The notes beneath the pieces were generated by a model, which saw nothing but the letters and a program-made list of their open reading frames with translations, had not been told where the DNA came from and ran no database searches. Shown here one piece after another: positions 19,079 through 28,513 of a DNA stretch of 64,000 bases (positions within the stretch are counted from its first letter, which is position 1; each line of letters opens with the position of its first letter). The translations under genes and the position numbers were made by a program. Location of the stretch: assembly GCA_963723165.1 (NCBI GenBank), contig CAVRPP010000013.1:25103-89102 (forward strand), written 5' to 3'. This DNA is from an uncultured Actinomycetota bacterium (GTDB taxonomy: Bacteria; Actinomycetota; Acidimicrobiia; Spongiisociales; UBA4744).

Positions 19079-20311
19079 ATGCGCTCGATTACTTTCATGC
19101 GTCACGGTGAGTCGACCGGGAACGCCTCCGGCATCGTTCAAGGTCGTGGATCGAGTCCTCTGTCCGACCGGGGGCGAATGCAAGCTGTGGCCGCCGGCAC
19201 CCGATTGCGAGATCAGCAGTTCGATGTGGTGATCTCATCGGATATGGAGCGCGCGGTGGAAACCGCTCGGACGCTCGACGTTTCGTTCACGACCGACGCT
19301 TCGTGGCGGGAGATGGACGTCGGGGGTTGGGACGGTCTCACCAATGAGGAGATCGGCGAGCAGTTTGCCAACGAACTGATGGCGCTGCGAGACGGCCACG
19401 ATGTGCCCTTGGGTGGTAGCGGCGAGAAGATGTCGGAGCTGGTCGACCGTGTGGCAAAGGCGCGGGACCGTGTTTTCGAGAGCCTGGATGACGGCGAGTC
19501 GGCTCTAGTCGTGTGCCACGGCGGGGTGATCGAAGCGATCATGGGTCTGGTACTCGAGACCAGAGAGACCTATCGACACCTATCGCGGGTTACCAACACA
19601 TCGATGACGACCATCGTCGAGCATCACGGCTGGGTCCAGGTGGCTCGATTCAACGATGCCGCGCATCTGGGGGCGGTGAATGGTTGGGCCCGTAGCCGGC
19701 TTCGGAACGGGGGACTGGTTCTCGGTCTGGTCCGGCACGGACGAACCGATGCGAATGCGACTGGTCATTGGCAAGGTCAGACTGATACTGGACTGAACGA
19801 CGAAGGTCGCCGCCAGGCCCTCGATCTGGCCGGCTGGTACGGAGAGTTCGGGGTTGTCTATTCCTCACCCCTCGGGCGTGCCTACCAAACCGCCCGGGCA
19901 CTCGCCGACGGATCGGACCCGGCGACACACCCCGGGCTGGTCGAGCTTGGCATGGGGGATTGGGAAGGTCACACCCGGGACCAGATCGTCGAAGGTTGGC
20001 CCGAGCTGTGGAACCGAATCTATGAACTCGAAGAGGACCTGCCGCGAGGGGACACGGGAGAGACCTGGGCCGGCATGTGCGAGCGGATGATTGGCGCCGT
20101 CTCGGAGGTGGTCGCCCCTCGCGATCAAGGACACATAGGAATCGTCTCGCACGGGGCCGCAATACGTGGCTACGTGTCAGACATCCTGGGGTTGAATCAC
20201 TCCAGCAGACGGAGGCTCGGCGTACCCGCCAACACCTCGGTGAGCCATGTGGTCATCGAAGACGGACGCAAGGTACTGGCCGACTACAACGTCGCCCCCC
20301 ACCTCGAATAG
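19079..20311 (+). CDS. Histidine phosphatase family protein with two tandem domains
   Basis: Two RHG motifs (MRHGE, VRHGR), two HG motifs (VCHGG, VSHGA), repeated N-x-S motif. Confidence 0.88.
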   Translation: MRSITFMRHGESTGNASGIVQGRGSSPLSDRGRMQAVAAGTRLRDQQFDVVISSDMERAVETARTLDVSFTTDASWREMDVGGWDGLTNEEIGEQFANELMALRDGHDVPLGGSGEKMSELVDRVAKARDRVFESLDDGESALVVCHGGVIEAIMGLVLETRETYRHLSRVTNTSMTTIVEHHGWVQVARFNDAAHLGAVNGWARSRLRNGGLVLGLVRHGRTDANATGHWQGQTDTGLNDEGRRQALDLAGWYGEFGVVYSSPLGRAYQTARALADGSDPATHPGLVELGMGDWEGHTRDQIVEGWPELWNRIYELEEDLPRGDTGETWAGMCERMIGAVSEVVAPRDQGHIGIVSHGAAIRGYVSDILGLNHSSRRRLGVPANTSVSHVVIEDGRKVLADYNVAPHLE

Positions 20312-20317
20312 CCGGGA

Positions 20318-22874
20318 TTACTTCTTGCTGTCCCGGCGCGCCTGAAGGAGTTCGGCGGCCCTTTCGAGCGTGATGCTGTCCGGGTCGTCGCCCTTGCGGA
20401 GAGATCCGTTGACCTCTCCATCTGTGACGTACGGCCCGTAGCGGCCGTTCTTGAGTACCACCGGTTTCTTGGAAAAAGGATCGACACCCAGCTCGCGGAG
20501 CGGGGCTGCAGCGGCCTGCTGACCTCGGCGCCGCTTGGGTTGGGACAGCAGCACGAGTGCTTCCTCGACGCTCACAGTGAGCAGTTGTTCCTCGTCTTCG
20601 AGCGATCGGGTTTCGGTGCCCTTTTTGATGTACGGCCCGTAGCGGCCGTTCGAGGCGGTGATCTCCTCGTCGTCCGCCGGGTCTACCCCGACCACCCTTG
20701 GCAGCGACAACAGCTGGAGGGCGACCTCGAGCGTGACTTCCTCCGGGTCCATCGACTTGAACAAAGAAGCGCGCTTCGGCTTGCTCTTTTCCTCCTGCTC
20801 GCCAAGCTGCACGTAGGGCCCGAACCTTCCGGTACGGATGGAAACAGACAGCCCGGTTTCCGGGTCGTTGCCCAGCTCCCGGTCGCCACTGGGGGCCGAG
20901 AGAAGCTCGATGGCTTTCTCGACGGTCAGCTCGTCTGGTGCCACCTGGTCCGGGATGCTGGCGGTGTCGTCACCCCGCTGCAGATACGGTCCGTAGCGGC
21001 CCGCCCGGGCAACGATCTCCACCCCGTCGGAGTCGGTGCCGATGGGAATCGAATTGACCTCGCGGGCATCGATGTCGGCGAGCCGCTCGGTCACCATGGT
21101 GTGAAGACCGGGTTTGCCGTTTCCGAAATAGAACCGGCCAAGCCAGGGAGCCGAGGCCTCTTCCCCCCGGGCGATCTGGTCGAGATCGTCTTCCATCCGG
21201 GCTGTGAAGGCGAAGTCGATCAGGTTGGGAAAGTGGCGCTCCAGCAGGGTCACTTTGGCAAAGGCAGTGAACGACGGCACCAGGGCCGAAGCCTTCTTCC
21301 ACACATAACCCCGGTCCTGGATCGTGGTGATGATGCTGGCATAGGTGGAGGGCCGGCCCACGCCAAGTTCTTCGAGACGTCGGACGAGGGATGCTTCGGT
21401 GAACCGCGCCGGCGGCTTTGTCTCGTGCGACTTTGCCGTCATCTCTTCCACGTCGAGCGGATCCGCCTCGGCCAGCGGTGGCAACCGTCGCTCCTGGTCG
21501 TCGAGGTCAGCGTCGGGGTCGTCGCTGCCCTCAACGTAGGCGCGCAGGAAGCCGGGGAACGCTATGACTTTGCCGCTCGTCGCAAACTCGGCATCTTGGC
21601 CGCTCGACGATGTACCACCGAGGCGAACCTGAATGCTCTCACCGGTCGCATCGGCCATTTGCGAAGCGATCGTGCGCTTCCAGATCAGCTCGTAGACGGT
21701 GGCCTCATCCCCGTCGATCTCAGCAGCCACCTCCTCGGGCGTGCGGAAGGTCTCCCCGGTGGGACGAATAGCCTCGTGAGCCTCCTGAGCGTTCTTCACC
21801 TTGCTCTTGTACGTGCGCGGTTTGGCAGGTACGTAATCCTGGCCGTACATTTCTGCGATCTGTCGGCGGGCCGCCGCCACCGCAGTCTCTGACAGGTCCG
21901 TGCTGTCCGTGCGCATGTAGGTGATGTATCCGTTTTCATACAGACGCTGTGCGGCGCGCATCGTTCGAGCGGTCCCGAACCGCAACTTGCGTCCCGCTTC
22001 CTGCTGCAGGGTGGAGGTGCGGAAGGGCGGGTACGGCGACCGACGGTACGGCTTGCGGGTCACGGAGCGGACCTCAATGCCGGCGTCGGTGAGGCCTTCG
22101 ACAAGCGCAGTTGCGCCAACCTCGTCGAGAGGCAAGGCGTCGCCCGTCAACGCTCCAGATTCCGAAAAATCCTTGCCCGTGGCCAGGCGCTGCCCGTCGA
22201 GCATCACCAGGGTCGCTAGGAAGTTCTCACCGTCTGCGGTAACGAAGAGGCCTTCGAGGTCCCAGAAGGCAGCCGATCGGAAGGCCATTCTTTCGCGTTT
22301 CGCGATCCACGACCACCCGAACGGCGACGCTCTGCACTCGCCCGGCGGAGAGCTTGGGCTGCACTTTCTTCCAGAGCACCGGGCTGACCTCGTACCCGTA
22401 CAGGCGGTCCAGGATCCGTCGCGCTTCTTGCGCCTCCACCAAACGATCGTCTATGTCTCTTGGCTGCTCGAGGGCAAGGCTGATGGCCTCCGGGGTGATT
22501 TCGTGGAACACCATCCGGCGTACCGGGACCTTGGGTTTGAGGACATCGAGCAGGTGCCAGGCAATCGATTCGCCCTCACGATCCTCGTCTGTGGCGAGAT
22601 AGACCTCCGAAGCGTTCTTGAGCGCAGCTTTGAGCTTCTTGATCTGCTCTTTCTTCTCACGGGGGATGATGTAGAGCGGTTTGAAATCGTTGTCGACATC
22701 GACGCCGAGCTTCGACCAGGGCTTCTCGCGATAGGCGGCCGGAATCTCAGCGGCATTGCGGGGGAGGTCCCGGATGTGCCCGATCGACGACTCGACTACG
22801 TAGTCGGAGCCGAGGAAACCGGCAATCGTGCGCGCCTTCGCGGGGGATTCGACAATGATGAGTGGTTTAGACAC
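20318..22874 (-). CDS. topA: DNA topoisomerase I, split by a one-base insertion near 22298-22300 (probable sequencing error)
   Basis: [24 protein letters not shown] in ORF 22227-22874; [23 protein letters not shown] and GRYGPY repeats in ORF 20318-22288; removing one A restores VDRERERMAF. Confidence 0.93.
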
Positions 22875-23060
22875 AGAGCAAGCAATACTAAGCGGACTTG
22901 GGAAAAGTCAAGTCATCACGGAGCAGTTGCCTACTCCCGGGGCGAACGAAGCCGACGAATTTGGGGTTGATGTCGATCCCGCTTCGGCACGAAATCGGGC
23001 GGATGGACCCAACACTGCGGCCTGAGCAAGCGCGCGAACGGTCCACGACCGGGAACGTTA

Positions 23061-24464
23061 GTGTTCTCTGTCATGGTGGAAGGGGCAGAACAGAGCGCGC
23101 GACCGTTGAGCCTTCTACGAAGGGGTCCGTTCGCTCGCCTGTGGTGGGCAGGGGTCGTCTCCTCCTTCGGCGATTGGGTGGCGTTGTTCGCAACGATCGC
23201 TCTGGCCGATCAGCTGGGTGGGGTGACCGGAATCCTCGTGCCGCTCAGTGCCCGCATGCTTCCGGGTTTGTTCGGCGCCGTTTCCGGTGTGCTGGCCGAT
23301 CGGTTCAATCGGAAGCTGACAATGGTTGTAGCGGACATCGCCAGAGCGGTTCTGGTGCTCTCTCTGGTGTTCGTCGACAACCTCGCGATGTTGTTCTTGG
23401 TCTCGTTCCTGATGGAGACCCTTACTCTGTTCTGGCAACCTGCCCGCGATGCCAGCGTTCCCAATCTGGTTCCCGTCGGCCGCCTGATATCGGCAAATTC
23501 CATCACCCTGGTGGCGACCTACGGCAGTCTGCCGGTGTCCTCGGCCTTCTTTTCGTTTCTGGTGACGGTAGGCGATTGGGTACCCGACCTGGCCGGATTC
23601 GGGGTGGATTTTGGTCCGGCGTTCACCTTCGACGCTCTCACGTTCCTCTTGTCGGCCTTTCTGGTTGCCAGGATTCCCATTCCCAAGCCAGAGGTAGCCG
23701 AGCACCGCAAGGCCAAGGGAGCTTTGGATTGGCGGGCGCCGCTCCGCGATCTCTCTGACGGCGTCAAATTCGTGATCGGTGATCCGGGCGTCCGCAATGT
23801 GATCGTGGGAATGGCCACAGCCCTCTTCGGAGCAGGCATCTTCTTCATTCTCGGTCAACCCTTCTCCCGCAATGTTCTGGGGGGCGGGAGAGCGGGCTTC
23901 GGGGTCCTCATCACGGCGCTGGGCAGCGGCGTCGGGGGCGGCATGCTGGTGCTGGCCACAATCGGCTCCAGAATCGGGAGGCGAGATCTCACGTTTGCCA
24001 TAAGTCTCATCCTCACGGGGGCTGCGATCACGATGGTCACAACCATGAACTCCGTCTTCGCCGCTGCGGGATGGCTGTTCCTGGCCGGGATCGGTGCGGG
24101 GTCTTCCTATGTGATGGGTTTCACTCACCTCCATGAACAGGTCGACGATGCGATGCGGGGCAGGACCTTTGCCGCTCTGTACACGCTGGCGAGAACGTCG
24201 CTCCTCATATCTATTGCTCTAGGCGGCTTTGCCGCCGAAGTGCTGGACGGCCTTCTCCCTGCTCCATTCGACAACGGGATTCGCAATGCCCTGGCCGTCG
24301 GAGGCGCGATCGTCCTGTCGGCAGGTCTGGTGACGCTGTGGAATCTACGCAGCACCCTGTCCGGTCCCGAGTTCAGTGAAGAGACCTATCGGACCCTGAA
24401 GGATGCCAGCGACGCTTTCACGTCGGTGCGCGGCAGACGGCGATCGCCGGAGGACAAAAAGTGA
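23061..24464 (+). CDS. MFS transporter
   Basis: FARLWWAGVVSSFGDW, GVLADRFNRKLTMVVADIAR, MRGR motif; about 12 hydrophobic segments; start may be 23073. Confidence 0.9.
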   Translation: MFSVMVEGAEQSARPLSLLRRGPFARLWWAGVVSSFGDWVALFATIALADQLGGVTGILVPLSARMLPGLFGAVSGVLADRFNRKLTMVVADIARAVLVLSLVFVDNLAMLFLVSFLMETLTLFWQPARDASVPNLVPVGRLISANSITLVATYGSLPVSSAFFSFLVTVGDWVPDLAGFGVDFGPAFTFDALTFLLSAFLVARIPIPKPEVAEHRKAKGALDWRAPLRDLSDGVKFVIGDPGVRNVIVGMATALFGAGIFFILGQPFSRNVLGGGRAGFGVLITALGSGVGGGMLVLATIGSRIGRRDLTFAISLILTGAAITMVTTMNSVFAAAGWLFLAGIGAGSSYVMGFTHLHEQVDDAMRGRTFAALYTLARTSLLISIALGGFAAEVLDGLLPAPFDNGIRNALAVGGAIVLSAGLVTLWNLRSTLSGPEFSEETYRTLKDASDAFTSVRGRRRSPEDKK

Positions 24465-25066
24465 GCCGGGGCCGCTACATCGCCCTGGAAGGGATTGAAG
24501 GTGCTGGAAAGTCGACCATCCAGAACTCACTGGCGGCTGCGCTCCGCAACGACGGCTACGAAGTTGTGATCGTGCGAGAACCGGGTGGAACATGGACGGG
24601 GGAGGGGATTCGCAGCCTCTTGCTCGATGGTGACGATATCGGGCCGTGGACCGAGGCGTTGTTGTTCGCTGCCCAGCGTTCCCAACTTGCTGAGGAGGTC
24701 ATCGAACCCGCGTTGAACCGGGGGGCGTGGGTGATCGGCGACCGGTCGGTCTATTCGTCGCTTGCCTATCAGGGTGGCGCTCGCGGGTTGGGGATTGAAG
24801 CCGTACGTAAGGTCAACCAGGCCGGGCTGCGCAGCATCTGGCCGGACCTGGTCATTGTGCTGGCCGTGGACCCGCAGGCCGGTCTGGAGCGCCAGGAGGG
24901 CGAAGACCGTATCGGTGGCCAGGGTTTTGAGTTCCAGCAGAGCGTTGCCGGGTTCTACCAGGAACTGGCCGATGCCGAGCCGGACCGCGTCGTTGTTGTT
25001 GACGCCGTTGGAGATGTTGATGACGTGACCGGGCAGGTGGTGAGCCTGGTGCGAGGTCGATGGTGA
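24461..25066 (+). CDS. tmk: Thymidylate kinase
   Basis: EGIEGAGKST, REPGG, LFAAQR, DRSVYSSLAYQG. Confidence 0.96.
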   Translation: MSRGRYIALEGIEGAGKSTIQNSLAAALRNDGYEVVIVREPGGTWTGEGIRSLLLDGDDIGPWTEALLFAAQRSQLAEEVIEPALNRGAWVIGDRSVYSSLAYQGGARGLGIEAVRKVNQAGLRSIWPDLVIVLAVDPQAGLERQEGEDRIGGQGFEFQQSVAGFYQELADAEPDRVVVVDAVGDVDDVTGQVVSLVRGRW

Positions 25067-26142
25067 ATGGGCCTTTCGACGGAGTGATCGGGCACGACCG
25101 GGTCGTCGGTCTGCTGACCAGGGAGATCACGGCGCCGGCCCATGCGTATTTGTTCGCCGGCCCATCGAGCGTCGGCAAGGGCACCGTTGCTCATCTTTTC
25201 GCCACGGCCTTGTTGTGCGATGTCCACGGAGTACACGACAAACCGTGTTCGTCCTGCCGCCGGGCGAAATCGGGAAACCATCCTGACCTTATTGCCGTTG
25301 AGCCCGACGGGCGGACGGCCCTATCGGTCGAGCAAGCCAGGGCAACAGTTGCACAGGCACCGATGGCGCCGGTTGAAGGGGATAGAAAGGTGTTTGTGTT
25401 CGACGAGGCGGGCTCGATGTCCGAGCAGGCAGCTAGTGCGCTGCTGAAGACCATCGAGGAGCCGACTCCGAGCACGGTGTTTGTGCTCGTCGTCGAATCG
25501 GAAGATGACCTCCCGTCGACCATCGCCAGTCGTTGTCGCTCCGTGCAGTTCGGTCGGGTACGCGAAGAGACCCTCATCGGCGCGTTGGAGGCCCGCGGTA
25601 TCGATGCCGACCAGGCCGGTGAAGCTGCCCGGATCTCCGGGGGCCGTCCCGGCTTGGCCTTGGGGTTGGCGACCAACCGCGATCTGGCCGCCTACCGGGA
25701 TTTGTGGCTCAGTGTTCCGGTGCGCGTATCTCCTCATCCGGGGGAGGCCTTCCGTCTCGCCGACGCAGTCCTGGAGGCGGCCGAACCCCTTCTCAAGGCA
25801 CTCGATGCGCGGCAAAGGGGGGAAGCTACCGACGATCTTCCGCCCTCCCGTCTCAAGGCGCTACGGGAGCGGCACGAGCGGGATCGGCGGCGGGAGAAGC
25901 GGGCTTTGCACATCACCGGCTTGGAGATCCTGGCTTCCTGGTACACCGACGCTGCTTCCGCTCAGTTCGGGGGGCCGGTCCGCAATCACGATATCCCGTC
26001 CGCCACCCTGGCGATGATTCGACCGGGCGCAGCCGTATCCAATGCCGACCGGGTATTGAACGCGGTCACAGAGTTGCAGGCCAATCAGCGTCCTCAGCTG
26101 GTGTTCGCCACTCTGTTTGCCGAGTTGACCCCGGCAACATGA
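25060..26142 (+). CDS. holB: DNA polymerase III delta' subunit
   Basis: HAYLFAGP..GK, Zn-finger C..CSSC, HPD, LLKTIEEP, TIASRC; follows tmk. Confidence 0.9.
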   Translation: MVNGPFDGVIGHDRVVGLLTREITAPAHAYLFAGPSSVGKGTVAHLFATALLCDVHGVHDKPCSSCRRAKSGNHPDLIAVEPDGRTALSVEQARATVAQAPMAPVEGDRKVFVFDEAGSMSEQAASALLKTIEEPTPSTVFVLVVESEDDLPSTIASRCRSVQFGRVREETLIGALEARGIDADQAGEAARISGGRPGLALGLATNRDLAAYRDLWLSVPVRVSPHPGEAFRLADAVLEAAEPLLKALDARQRGEATDDLPPSRLKALRERHERDRRREKRALHITGLEILASWYTDAASAQFGGPVRNHDIPSATLAMIRPGAAVSNADRVLNAVTELQANQRPQLVFATLFAELTPAT

Positions 26143-26155
26143 CGTATTCGAGGGA

Positions 26156-26230
26156 TGGAGCCGGAGCGGGGATTTGAACCCCGGACCTGCTCATTACGAG
26201 TGAGCTGCTCTACCCCTGAGCTACTCCGGC
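26156..26230 (-). tRNA. tRNA-Thr(CGT)
   Basis: GCCGGAGTAGCTCAGGGGTAGAGCAGCTCACTCGTAATGAGCAGGTCCGGGGTTCAAATCCCCGCTCCGGCTCCA: cloverleaf, CGT anticodon, encoded CCA. Confidence 0.97.
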
Positions 26231-26256
26231 GCGGCGCATAAGTTAGCACTCAGCTT
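26194..26256. repeat. 63-bp direct repeat, copy 1 (tRNA-Thr 5' half plus 26-bp leader)
   Basis: Identical to 28353-28415 by base-by-base reading. Confidence 0.95.
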
Positions 26257-26461
26257 TCAGCTTCCAGCTACCAACCGACCGGGAGGTTTGACCTTGCGCT
26301 CCGGGCAAGCGAGGGAGGAGTCAATCGGGTCGGGTGTGGATTCGCTTGTAGCCGGTCTCGGTTCGGGAGACGATGGATTCGAGATTCTGCGTGAGTTTGT
26401 GAAGAAAGGATGGATTGCAATTGGGTCCTCGAGCGTCTGCTGAATGAAGGAGACGGACGAC

Positions 26462-26962
26462 ATGTCCAGGACGCTGCCCGAAGAGACACAAACGGAGAGG
26501 CTCCGTCCGACAGTGTTTGAGGACTTCTATGGGAGCCAATGGTCGGAGATCTACCGCCCGCTGGCCATCACCCTGCGTAATCCCGATCTTGCCCGGGAGG
26601 CTACCGACGAAGCCATGGTCCGTGCCTACCAGCGATGGCGAACAGTCTGCCGCAAGGACAACCCCGTGGGATGGACCTATCGGGTAGCTCTCAATTGGGC
26701 GATCTCGCAGCTCCGACGCAGACGAAAGCTCATCCACACCCATGCCTCGGACAATCCCGGTTGGGATCCAATTCCGGTGGATCCGGCAATCTCGAAGGCA
26801 TTGGCGGAACTTCCGACGAACCAGCGTGCCGTTGTGGTACGGCGCTATCTGTACGACGAAACTCAGTCGGAGATCGCCGATGCGCTCGGGGTTCCGATCG
26901 GAACGGTGCGAAGCCGGTTGTCTCGTGCGTTGACACGGCTTCGAGAGGAGGTCCAACCGTGA
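26462..26962 (+). CDS. ECF (sigma-70 group 4) RNA polymerase sigma factor
   Basis: Region 2 (LAREATDEAMVRAYQRW..GWTYRVALN) and region 4 (LAELP..QR...SEIADALGVPIGTVRSRLSRA); AAGGAG RBS. Confidence 0.92.
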   Translation: MSRTLPEETQTERLRPTVFEDFYGSQWSEIYRPLAITLRNPDLAREATDEAMVRAYQRWRTVCRKDNPVGWTYRVALNWAISQLRRRRKLIHTHASDNPGWDPIPVDPAISKALAELPTNQRAVVVRRYLYDETQSEIADALGVPIGTVRSRLSRALTRLREEVQP

Positions 26963-28250
26963 AACTCGACGAACTGATCACTCCCGAGTTGGAAGTCGAG
27001 CGTTCGGCAGTCCCCCCCTTGTCGGGTTCGCTCGAAACCGTCCTGCGACGTGGTCGCCGCCGTAAGATCACGTCTGTCGCGCTCATGGCTTTTGCCACCA
27101 CAATCCTCGTAGGAGCTGCCATCGGCATTGGTGTCTGGCTGACCGGCTCCCCTGAGCCCGAATTCGTGGCACCGGAGACTCCAGAATCGTGGACCACCTA
27201 CACCGGCGCAAACGGTCTGCTCGGTGAATGTGGGTGCGACATGGCTGTCTCAGATGATGGAATGGTGTGGGTCATCGGCCCGGAAGGGATCTCTTCCTTC
27301 GATGGGACGGCGTGGACGCCGGTACAGGCACCGAACGAGTTCTATCGTGGCGGTGATCTGTCGGTCAACGCAGCCCCCAACCTCGTCCTGTGGTTCACCG
27401 GAGGAGGTCAGGCGGCCCGCTATTCGAGTGGCGAGTGGACGATTCATCGAACCCGAAGACATCGAAGCCTTCGGGCCCCTTCTCCAGGTCGTGGTCAGCG
27501 GTGACGGAGCGGCGTGGGGCCGCGAAGGGGATGATGTGGTGAAGCTCGCGGAGGGATCCTTCGCGTCGGTCAACGAACAATTCGAGCCTCTTCCAAGCCG
27601 TGAATGGGATGAGGAGAATCCCATGATGGTCAGCCCCACTATTGCCGTTGGGCCCAATGGGACCCTGTGGATGGCAGGCGGGCCCGGTGGTGGGACCAGC
27701 TTGTACGAGTACGACGGAATCACGGTTCATACCTATCCCGCTCCTGGAGAGTTCGCTCCGGATCTGTTCGACGATTGCACCGGACGGTTCGGCGTGGCTG
27801 GCGGCCGTGTTCGACATGGAGGCATCGGATGGCCGGTTGCTGAGATTCGACGGCGTAGCCTGGACGACGTTCCCGCTCGGCGGCGTCATCGATGCGGTGT
27901 TCGACTCCGACGGTACGGGGTGGTTCATCGTCGACGACGTTTCCGAGAGGGATCAGTGGTGGCGGCCGCAATACTCCGACCCGGGGGTGTACCGCCTCGA
28001 GGGCGAAACGTGGACTCGCTTCACAATTGACGACGGACTGGCCGGTCACGATCTCACGTCGGTTGTGATTGGGGATGATGGTTCGGTTTGGTTTGGGACC
28101 TATTCCCACGGCGTGACCCGTTATCAATCTGGAACCGATCCGGAGAGCGGCGAACTGATCAGCATCGAGGGTGAGGCGCTCCCACAAGACAATTGGCCGG
28201 CCACGTTTTCCACCACCACAGCTCCTTCTGTCACCACCACGGCTCCTTGA
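26959..28250 (+). pseudogene. Anti-sigma-like membrane protein with extracellular beta-propeller, two apparent frameshifts (about 27445 and 27770)
   Basis: GTGA coupling to the sigma gene; RRGRRRK then TM helix; repeated A/V-x-x-DG-x-x-W and FDG-x-x-W blades continue across three consecutive frames; TIDDGLA (Reg_prop-like). Confidence 0.7.
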
Positions 28251-28352
28251 CGTACCGGCAAGACGACCTGGGCCACAGCAGATAATTGTGCTGGTTTCGC
28301 TCGACCGGATGGTGGGGAATCGCCTGGTAGCACTGCGTTCAGTGGCGGATGC

Positions 28353-28415
28353 TTACGAGTGAGCTGCTCTACCCCTGAGCTACTCCGGCGCGGCGCATAA
28401 GTTAGCACTCAGCTT
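28353..28415. repeat. 63-bp direct repeat, copy 2 (truncated tRNA-Thr 5' half ending in the anticodon loop)
   Basis: ttacgagtgagctgctctacccctgagctactccggcgcggcgcataagttagcactcagctt; no T-arm or 3' acceptor strand. Confidence 0.95.
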
Positions 28416-28513
28416 CCGGCAACCAGCAGCCAGCTGCCAACCAGCGGCCACCACCGGCGGCCAGTCGGCGGGCCTTGATCCCCGACGCGCTATCCGGCGT
28501 AGCGTTGGAAGTA

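Noticed and set aside
26416-26437. TGCAA...CGTC as an autoregulatory ECF promoter
   Set aside because: Spacer of about 13 nt is shorter than typical for ECF promoters; not supportable without data.
28353-28389. Second tRNA-Thr gene
   Set aside because: Only the 5' half to the anticodon loop is present; cannot form a cloverleaf.
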